Shown here: piece by piece, positions 1 through 8,200 of the stretch
Layout: the number at the start of each line of letters is the position of its first letter
Position numbering within the stretch: position 1 is the stretch's first letter
Origin: Chloroflexota bacterium
GTDB taxonomy: Bacteria > Chloroflexota > Anaerolineae > Anaerolineales > UBA11858
Direction of reading: 5' to 3'
Assembly (NCBI GenBank): GCA_011039385.1
Contig: DRBO01000022.1
Coordinates: 1 to 47,795 of the forward strand
DNA: 47,795 nt
The notes under the pieces: model-generated
The model's input: only the letters and a program-made list of their open reading frames with translations
Told to the model about the DNA's origin: nothing
Database searches by the model: none
Program-made: the position numbers and the translations under genes

Positions 1-205
1 AAAGTTCCAGCCCTGATAATCCAGGCAAGCCCACATCTGCAATTAACAGGTCAATCCCTGTGCCAACCACTTCAACGATGGCTTCCTCGCCCGAGGGCAC
101 ATCCAGCAAATCAAGATCCACTTCAAGTGTTTCCAGGGCCGCACGCAGCACAGTGCGAATTTCCTGGTGATCATCTACGATCAACACCCGGGTTTTATCA
201 CTCAT
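1..205 (-). CDS. response regulator receiver (REC) domain protein, N-terminal part; the gene runs off the left edge
   Basis: Reverse translation from the ATG at 205-203 gives MSDKTRVLIVDDHQEIRTVLRAALETLEVDLDLLDVPSGEEAIVEVVGTGIDLLIADVGLPGLSGLEL. This has the CheY-like DD pair and the LLIADvxLPG phospho-acceptor context. It is absent from the ORF track because it is truncated by the window edge. Confidence 0.75.
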   Translation of the reverse strand, partial: MSDKTRVLIVDDHQEIRTVLRAALETLEVDLDLLDVPSGEEAIVEVVGTGIDLLIADVGLPGLSGLEL

Positions 206-422
206 GCTGATATCATAACACGTCCGTTGAAAAGAAAAACCATCCGGAGATGTTTTTTTACCTTGCAGTTTTATTAAGTGAGGAGGATGCACTCCAGGAT
301 CCAACGAACAAGCAAGAAAAATGCCGCTCCATATTTCATTGAATCTGGAGGGAGACAACCACCAATCCCAAGGATTTTTCCTTCATTCTTATCGCTTGCA
401 GGAGGGAGCCAAATTGATTTAT

Positions 423-431
423 TGATATAAT
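423..431 (+). promoter_or_regulatory. candidate extended -10 promoter element (TGATATAAT) for the DUF58 gene
   Basis: TGaTATAAT at 423-431. Only 6 nt separate TATAAT from the ATG at 438, and there is no Shine-Dalgarno sequence in between. No good -35 element is visible. Confidence 0.35.
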
Positions 432-437
432 AATTCA

Positions 438-1736
438 ATGCCGTCACCCAATCCGCCACTGCGGTCCCTGAGAGTCAATTCCTATCTGATTCCCGCTTTC
501 GGACTGATCATGGCTCTGGTGCAATTGTTCTTCCCCTTTAAAAGCTGGGCCATCCTGGCTTCCTCCTTTCTCGGATTGACTCTGTTCTCATACATCTGGG
601 CCTGGAGTTTAAAGGGAAACATTTCCCTGGAAAGAGAAATGCGCTTCGGCTGGATGCAGGTAGGCGATCGGGTTCAGGAGCGGATCGGGGTTGAGAACGA
701 CAGCAAGTTGCCCGCCCTCTGGGTCAGGATCATTGACCATTCCTATATGCCAGGATACACAGCCAGTGCGATCGTTAATGTCCGCAGCCAATGGTACACA
801 CATTGGCACACTTTTGGGATTTGCGACCAACGCGGTATTTACACCCTGGGCCCGACCAGTCTTGAGACGCATGATCCGCTGGGAATCTTCACGGTCAGGA
901 TCGATTACAGCGAGACAGTCAACATGATGGTTGTTCCCCGGGTTGTTCCCCTGCCCCAGATTGAAATTGCCCCGGGTGGAAGGACTGGTGAAGGAAAATC
1001 AACCAGCACTGGGCTGGAAAGGACCATAGTCGCCGGGGGTGTCAGGGAATATATACCCGGGGACAGCCTGCGGTGGCTGCACTGGCCAACAACCGCCCGC
1101 CTGAATAAACCCTATGTACGCGTATTTGATTTCTCCCCAGCCAGCAATTGGTGGGTGCTGCTGGATATGGATCCAGCAGTCCATACAGGGGAAGGCCAGA
1201 ATTCAACAGAAGAATACAGTGTTATCCTGGCAGCTTCCCTGGTCCATGAAGGGCTGCAGCAAGGCAAAATGGCGGGTTTGATCGCCATGGGTGACGAGTT
1301 GATCTGGCATGTGCCAGACAGGGGAGATGCCCATCTGTGGAGAGTCCTGCGATCCCTGGCCCTTATCCGACCCACCGGCCCCCCGCTTCCAGAGATGTTG
1401 AAACACCTCCGCCTGACACTGGAACAGCGTACCAGTCTGGTGGTGATCACGCCTAACATGGATACTGAATGGGCCAACGAATTAGGCTTACTGCTCAGGA
1501 AAGGTATCGTACCCACTGTATTGCTCCTCAATCCTTCTGCCTTTGGCGGAACACAGGACCCCAACGCCATCCAGAATCGCTTGTTGAACATGAATATCAA
1601 ACACTACAACTTCAGTGACTCGCTTCAGGACCTGGCTCAATTTGAACCGCTGGGACAGGAACACCAACCCGGTAATCAAATGAGAGAATACGTTAAAACC
1701 CTCCCCAGGCAATCCAGCGAATGGAGAGCACTGTGA
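438..1736 (+). CDS. DUF58 domain protein (MoxR-system partner, vWA-like fold)
   Basis: 432-aa ORF with two N-terminal TM helices and the DUF58 hallmark GVREYIPGDSLRWLHWPTTARLNKPYVRVFD. It sits next to transglutaminase and MoxR genes. Confidence 0.85.
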   Translation: MPSPNPPLRSLRVNSYLIPAFGLIMALVQLFFPFKSWAILASSFLGLTLFSYIWAWSLKGNISLEREMRFGWMQVGDRVQERIGVENDSKLPALWVRIIDHSYMPGYTASAIVNVRSQWYTHWHTFGICDQRGIYTLGPTSLETHDPLGIFTVRIDYSETVNMMVVPRVVPLPQIEIAPGGRTGEGKSTSTGLERTIVAGGVREYIPGDSLRWLHWPTTARLNKPYVRVFDFSPASNWWVLLDMDPAVHTGEGQNSTEEYSVILAASLVHEGLQQGKMAGLIAMGDELIWHVPDRGDAHLWRVLRSLALIRPTGPPLPEMLKHLRLTLEQRTSLVVITPNMDTEWANELGLLLRKGIVPTVLLLNPSAFGGTQDPNAIQNRLLNMNIKHYNFSDSLQDLAQFEPLGQEHQPGNQMREYVKTLPRQSSEWRAL

Positions 1737-4165
1737 TGTTGGCTTCCATCCGCAAGTTCGCTGAGAAGAACTTGTCCAGGCAGATACTCAGGAACATCGC
1801 CTTGATCTATCTGCTGTTCATCCTGCTGGTCAACGTTCTGCGAGATTCCATCCAGGGAGTAGAAACCAGCCTCTTGACCCTGATGATCACCATGGGGCTG
1901 GTACTGGCGTGGGCGCTGGCGGTCTCTGAAATTGAAGAATGGAAAACCGGTTTGATCGCCTTTCTGAGTGGAGGTACGATCCTGGTGATTCGGATTGGCA
2001 GATTAGGCGACCTGATCTTTTCCTTGTTCCGGGAAATGTGGGGGTTAGGATCCCAAACTCTCTCCTATCTATCCGGGCATGGTGAGATTACCAGGTCCGA
2101 TGCTATCCCGGCAGGGATTTCCGAGCTTGGGTCCCGAATCGCCACCCTGGGTTCACGCCTGGGAGTCTGGATCCTGAGCCTGTTCCGAGGAAAACCAATC
2201 TACGATCCAGTTGCCACGGCATTTATCTGGGGCATCTTTGTCTGGTTGATTGCGGTCTGGGCGATGTGGATCACCATCCGCCATAAGAAACCTCTGTGGG
2301 GGATCATCCCCACCCTGGTGCTGACCAGCTTGAGCCTGGTTTATACCGGCACATCGGTCTACAACCTGGTTCCCATGTTGGGGATCATGATCGGTCTGGT
2401 GATAATGGGCAGGTACGATGCCCATGAGAACCAATGGAAATCAGAGCAGATCAAATTTGCCGGAATCATCCGGGAACGAATGGTGTTCTTGGCTGTGATC
2501 ATGGCCGTGGCGTTGATGCTGTTCGCGGCCATCAGCCCCTCAATTACAATCCGGGGCATCGTGGATTTCATTGACAGGATCACTTCTGATCATGTCAACG
2601 AAGATGACCTTGTCCGCTCTTTAGGACTAGAACCTGTCGGAAAAGAAGGTGCTGTAAGTGTGCTTGACAACCGCCAGAGCGGCGGCCTTCCCAATCGCCA
2701 CCTGATCGGCTCGGGAGAAGAGCTTGGCACCCAGCTGGTGATGATTATCCAGGTGCAGGATCTTAGCGGTCCCAGCCTGGAGGAAATCGATCCTGCAGAA
2801 CAGGTCTATTACTGGCGCAGCCTGACCTATGACCAATATGTAAGCAGGGGCTGGGTATCGCGGGACAGCATAATCCGGGAATACGCACCTGGACAGAGAA
2901 CCCTCTCCAACTGGTCTGATACCTATCAGATCATCCGCCAGAAAGTTGATACTGTGGAAGATCTAGATGGATTGCTGTTCAGTGCTGGCATCCCACTTAG
3001 TGCGGATCAAGATTTTGAAATTGCCTGGAGAGTCCAGAACACCAATGAATGGACCTTCGATATCTTTGGAGCCTCATTGGAGGCCGAATCCTACATCGTG
3101 GATTCGCTTCAGCCCCGGGCAAGTATAGAGGAACTTCAGGAAGCCGGACAGGATTACCCCCAATGGATCCGGAACCGCTACCTGGGCTTGCCGCCTACCG
3201 TACCGGATCGGGTAATCGGTCTGGCAAGAGACATCACCGCTACCGAACCCAATCCCTATGATCGGGCGCTGGCAATTGAGGGGTTTTTGCGCCGATTCCC
3301 CTACACCCTGGACCTTCCCCAACCCCCCATGGAACGGGATATCACAGATTATTTCCTGTTCAGTGCCAAACGGGGCTACTGCGATTATTACGCCACCGCC
3401 ATGGTGGTTCTATCCCGGGCAGCTGGCCTGCCAGCCCGTCTGGTAACAGGCTATATTGGGGGTTATTATGATCCAAATCTTGATGCTTACCTGGTAACGG
3501 CAGATCTTGCTCACGCCTGGCCAGAGATCTACTTCCCGGAGTACGGCTGGATCATTTTCGAGCCAACCGGCGGCAGGTCCGAGATCGAAAGGCCAGAAGG
3601 TCCAATACCTAAATTCGCCCAGGACTATCCCACCGCATTCGATCCCCTGGTCCAAGAAAAAGAACCCCTACCGGTAAACTGGTGGTTAGTCGGGCTGGGC
3701 TTCCTGATTGGAATTCCCCTGATCGGGTTCCTGGTCTACCTGGCGGATGACCTCTACCTCAAGCGTATGGTCCCCGATAAACAGTTCCAACGAGTCTTCC
3801 GGCGGGTGTACCGTTATGCCCGCTGGTTGGGCCTTGACACCAAACCCGGTGATACGCCGCACGAATTCAGCACCAAGCTGATCCACCAATTAACTCAATT
3901 TGGAAGAGGCAGCAAACAAGCAGAATGGCTTCTGTATGGTTCTCATATCATCCGGGAAATCACCAGGCAATATTATCTGGTCCTGTATAGCCCGGATCAG
4001 GGCGCCGGGATAAACAGTCAGGAAACAGCGATCCTCTTCCGCGATCTGCGGAGTCGTTTATGGTACCTGTGGCTGTTGATCAAGGCTTACCCTTACAGAA
4101 TACCGCGCTTCTTCTTGTGGGATTCCGCTCCCATGTTAATCAGTTCAAAGCCTAATAAGTCATAA
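1721..4165 (+). CDS. transglutaminase-like domain membrane protein (TgpA-like)
   Basis: 814-aa ORF with a multi-TM N-terminal half. The transglutaminase core carries the catalytic Cys context (KRGYCDYYATAMVVLSRAAGLPARLVTGY), followed by AHAWPEIYF and a C-terminal TM. An alternative start ATG at 1736 overlaps the DUF58 stop (TGATG). Confidence 0.85.
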   Translation: MESTVMLASIRKFAEKNLSRQILRNIALIYLLFILLVNVLRDSIQGVETSLLTLMITMGLVLAWALAVSEIEEWKTGLIAFLSGGTILVIRIGRLGDLIFSLFREMWGLGSQTLSYLSGHGEITRSDAIPAGISELGSRIATLGSRLGVWILSLFRGKPIYDPVATAFIWGIFVWLIAVWAMWITIRHKKPLWGIIPTLVLTSLSLVYTGTSVYNLVPMLGIMIGLVIMGRYDAHENQWKSEQIKFAGIIRERMVFLAVIMAVALMLFAAISPSITIRGIVDFIDRITSDHVNEDDLVRSLGLEPVGKEGAVSVLDNRQSGGLPNRHLIGSGEELGTQLVMIIQVQDLSGPSLEEIDPAEQVYYWRSLTYDQYVSRGWVSRDSIIREYAPGQRTLSNWSDTYQIIRQKVDTVEDLDGLLFSAGIPLSADQDFEIAWRVQNTNEWTFDIFGASLEAESYIVDSLQPRASIEELQEAGQDYPQWIRNRYLGLPPTVPDRVIGLARDITATEPNPYDRALAIEGFLRRFPYTLDLPQPPMERDITDYFLFSAKRGYCDYYATAMVVLSRAAGLPARLVTGYIGGYYDPNLDAYLVTADLAHAWPEIYFPEYGWIIFEPTGGRSEIERPEGPIPKFAQDYPTAFDPLVQEKEPLPVNWWLVGLGFLIGIPLIGFLVYLADDLYLKRMVPDKQFQRVFRRVYRYARWLGLDTKPGDTPHEFSTKLIHQLTQFGRGSKQAEWLLYGSHIIREITRQYYLVLYSPDQGAGINSQETAILFRDLRSRLWYLWLLIKAYPYRIPRFFLWDSAPMLISSKPNKS

Positions 4166-4170
4166 GAAGG

Positions 4171-5130
4171 ATGACCATGAAAAATATCAAAGACGTCTCG
4201 GATAAGATCATAAATAACATAAACCAGGTAATTCTCGGGAAGAACGATACCGTAGAGCTGGCCGTTATCTGTTTGCTCAGCAAGGGGCATTTGCTGATCG
4301 AGGATATTCCTGGCGTTGGGAAAACCATGTTAGCCCGCAGTCTGGCCCGCTCTCTGGACGCCTCATTTGGTCGCATCCAATTTACTCCGGATATGCTCCC
4401 AAGTGATATCACCGGGGTGTCAATCTACAACCAGGCTAACCAGGATTTCGAATACCGACCCGGCCCGGTGACATCGGAAATCGTTCTGGCTGACGAGATC
4501 AATCGAGCAACACCAAAAACCCAGTCCGCCCTGTTGGAAGCCATGCAGGAGAGGACAGTGACGGTTGACGGTGTCACCCATCAACTGCCAGAATTGTTCA
4601 TGGTCATAGCTACCCAGAATCCCATTGAGCATGAAGGCACCTTCCGACTACCAGAAGCCCAGCTGGACAGGTTTCTCATGCGAATCCGGCTTGGGTATCC
4701 CCAGCTCAACGATGAATTGAATATTCTGGATGGACAGCAATATCAGCACCCTATCGATGAATTGAAAGCAGTGGTGTCGGTTGAAGAAGTGCAGCAAGCT
4801 CAGGAAGCTGTCAAGGAGATTCATATCGCACCCCCGGTTAAACGCTATATCGTGGAAATGGTCCAGTACACCCGGGAACACAATGACGTTTACCTGGGAT
4901 CCAGTCCCCGCGGCAGCTTGGGTATCTACCGGGCCAGCCAGGCCAGGGCAGCCATCCGGGGGCGTGATTACGTCACGCCAGATGATATCCAGGGGATTGC
5001 AGAGCCGATCCTGGGCCACCGCCTGATCCTGGCGCCGGGTGCTCGGCTGCAAAACAGAAATGAAGACAACATCCTCGAAGAATTACTGCAAAGAGTCCAG
5101 GTTCCTGGCGGGGATATCTATTCCAAGTGA
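4171..5130 (+). CDS. MoxR-family AAA+ ATPase
   Basis: 319 aa with Walker A (GVGKT), Walker B (LADEINR), and the typical MoxR motifs ATQNPIEHEGTFRLPEAQLDRF and SPRGS. Confidence 0.9.
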   Translation: MTMKNIKDVSDKIINNINQVILGKNDTVELAVICLLSKGHLLIEDIPGVGKTMLARSLARSLDASFGRIQFTPDMLPSDITGVSIYNQANQDFEYRPGPVTSEIVLADEINRATPKTQSALLEAMQERTVTVDGVTHQLPELFMVIATQNPIEHEGTFRLPEAQLDRFLMRIRLGYPQLNDELNILDGQQYQHPIDELKAVVSVEEVQQAQEAVKEIHIAPPVKRYIVEMVQYTREHNDVYLGSSPRGSLGIYRASQARAAIRGRDYVTPDDIQGIAEPILGHRLILAPGARLQNRNEDNILEELLQRVQVPGGDIYSK

Positions 5131-5150
5131 CCAGAGACATCGCCAAACCA

Positions 5151-5185
5151 AAGAACTCCCTCCCAAAAAGAGGGGGTTCTTTTTA
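5151..5185 (+). terminator. rho-independent terminator after the MoxR gene
   Basis: AAGAACTCCCTC-ccaaaaa-GAGGGGGTTCTT forms a 12-bp stem (one G-U pair) and runs directly into TTTTT. Confidence 0.6.
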
Positions 5186-5234
5186 GCAGGTCGGAGATTC
5201 ATTCCCAGATGTCTTAAGAGATCTATTCTCTTTA

Positions 5235-5267
5235 AGAGACGAAGTCTCTTAAAAAGACTTCGTCTCT
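5235..5267. terminator. perfect 12-bp hairpin in a convergent intergenic region; candidate terminator of uncertain direction
   Basis: AGAGACGAAGTC-tcttaaaaa-GACTTCGTCTCT lies 4 nt from the stop of the 1469-aa gene. It is followed by AATTTTAAT on the plus strand and embedded in further CTTAAG-type palindromes (5211-5240). Confidence 0.4.
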
Positions 5268-5271
5268 AATT

Positions 5272-8200
5272 TTAATAATTCAATTCGTAACCCATCACCA
5301 TCACACCCAGGCTGAGAACTTCGCCAGCTTGCTGGAGTTTTTCCAGGTCAATAGTGTCCATGTTATCATCCATCGTGCCGCCAGTATCCCACCACTCTTC
5401 CCAGTGGACCCCAACAAAGGATGCCTCTGCAACCGGGACATTATTGCCTTCATTAAAGAGGATACTCAAATCTACCTGGCTGTCTGCTTTAGTGACCGGG
5501 ATTCCCAACTTCCTGGCAGAGGATTCAAACAGCTCAACCAGGCGCAGGCTGCCCTGGGTAGATAACATCACTTCCTCTCCCCCGCCCGCGCCTACACCCC
5601 GTATCCCGATTATGGCTTCAAGATCCAGGTACTTGGAGAACCCCCCTTTGGCCTGGAGGAACTTGGATATATCCGGGTATACCCATTCACCGCCTTCTTG
5701 CCCTTCCCCGGCATAAGCAATGAAGAGGAAGGTCCGGTTGGGCTGATAGCCTGATTCCTGCATAGTGCGGATCAGCTCCAGCATCAGGGCAACGCCAGAA
5801 GCATTATTGTTGGCTGCTTGAGGAGCGGATGCCCCCCTTATCAGAGGCGGGCTGTCATACTGGGCCATGACCACAACCAGCTTGTTATCCATCTGAGCTT
5901 TGGGATCTCCCTTGTTTCCAGGCAGGTGTCCGATCACGTTGCGGACTTCAAAGTCCTCCACAACACTTCCCTGGACAGTCATCGCAGCCTCAATTCCAGT
6001 AGGAATGATCAGGCATTCATCTTGTTTGAGGTCATCCACACGGATTTTCAGGGAGTTCACCTGGTAGCCCGTGCCTTCCAGCAAGTTATTAGCGACCTCA
6101 GTGCTGATCCGCAGGATGGGCGTATTCTGGCCGATGGTCTCAGTCGAACCAAAGGGGTTAAAGAAAGGAGATCGGGCAGACAGGGTGGTGCGCTGATTGA
6201 TGAGAGATTCATCTTCGGTGACAATCAACAAGCCATCTTTAGGGATATCATGGAGGATGCCTGCATCCCTTTCGTTCAGGACAACGACGATCTGCCCACT
6301 GAAATCCAACTCATCCAGGGCAGGGAAGTTCCGGAACCACTGTCCCGTCTGCATCAGGTCGCCCAATCCCAGAAAGACCATTTCTCCTTTTGCAGACCCC
6401 AAGTTCTGATAGTAACCGACAAATTCCACGAAATCCTCATGATAGACTAATTCAGGGCTGCCATCATAGAACTTCAAAGTTGGCTCCCGTGTCAGGTACT
6501 CGAATTCCCTGGTCCGGGTTTGAAAATAAGTAAATTCCTCTCCAGCCGGCTGCAGGCCCAGCGCCTCGAATTCCCCGGCGATATACGCTGCCGCTTGATC
6601 CATCCCCGCTGTACCCAGAGAGCGTCCTTCCCAGCGGGGATCAGATAGGATATCCAGGTAAGCGTACGCCCGCTCACCCTGGAAGCTTTCTGCCTGTTGG
6701 ATGAAAATTGCCGTCGATCCAGTGGTTCCCCTGAACCAGAAGAACACACCTGCCAGCAGGCCAAATACTGCCAGCGTATATTTGTTGATGATCAACCGGG
6801 TAGCTGCAATACCCACAGTTTCAATGAATCTGCGAATCCCTTCACCCAGGAAATTGAATCCAGTGATCGCTACAAAGAAAGCCCCGGCAGGATACAACGC
6901 AGTCCAGGGGTAGGAGCGAGCATACAGGCGGATATTGCTCAATAAGGCGCCCCATTCTGGAACATCAGAATAATGATAGGGCGGACCCCAGATCTCAATT
7001 TCCGCAAAAGCTCCCCCTCCGATGAAAATGCCGATAAAACCCAGCTCACCCAGCAGCATCAGCACGGCCCCCATTTCCAAAGAAAGGATCGAAACCAACC
7101 CCGGAATGATGTTGGGAAAAACGTGTTTGCCAAGGATCCTGCCTGAATGAGCGCCTGCTGCTTCAGCGCTTTCAATGAACAGCTGGGGCTTGATTTCCAG
7201 CACCTTGCTGCGCACATACTGCATGATCTCACTCCAACCTATAAAGCTCATGGCGATGATAAATGGTTGCATACCCTGGCGGATGCCAATCCCCAGGATC
7301 AGCACCATCACCAGCAGCAAAGCCGGGAAAGCCGCAATGGTTTCTGACGCCCCTAACACAAATCGGTCCAACCAGCTCCCTGAAAACCAGCCAGCCAGAG
7401 CACCCAGGAGGAAGCCAACCACCAGGCGAACAACTACAACAAAGATAGCCAGTGTGAATGTCTGCTGCGCGCCGGAAAGGATCAAGCTCATGATATCCCG
7501 ACCCAAGGGATCTGTTCCCCAAGGATAGACTTTGTCGGGCTTAAAAGGCGGCACAAGCAGCTCCCCGTCCTCAATAGTTAAGCCCTGGGTTTGGTAAGGA
7601 CTATGAGGGGACAGCTGGGGACTGAAAAACATGACCAGTGCTAAACTCGTTACGATAACCACGCCAATCAGCAGGGCGGGGTTTCCTAATGTGCCCTTAA
7701 GCCAGACCCGGAGCCGAGCCTTGCCCATTGCCAGCGTATCGTAGTAGGTAAACCCATCCTCTCTTTGATCAATAATTTCTCTAAAAGGGCTCTGACTGGC
7801 TTCTTTTTTCCCGGGCAGCCAGCGCAGCCAGGGTTTATCAGCCAAGAAAGTTCGAACATTCTTTATAAGGTTTTTCCAGAATCCCCAAAATCCTTTCTTC
7901 CCTCCCCGAACATTCGCCCCCTGATCCCGCAAGCGGGGGTCAATTAGTATATAAGACCAATCGAGGAATAAATTGACCAGGATGAACAGGATTCCCAGGC
8001 ACAGCGCCAGCCCGATAGTCAGGTCATCATCGCGATTGGAGATGGATTGCAGCAAGGTATAACCGAGTCCCTGCCAGCCAAAGAAATACTCCACTATCGG
8101 CAAACTGCTTAGGGCAAACCGCAAAGAAAGGCCGATTGTGGTCAGGACAGGAACAGCGGCATTCCGGGTGATATGAACTGCCATGACATAAATGGACCGC

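Noticed and set aside
274-459. 61-aa minus-strand ORF in the divergent intergenic region
   Set aside because: It sits in the promoter region between the response regulator and the DUF58 gene and overlaps the DUF58 start. It has no motif or RBS.
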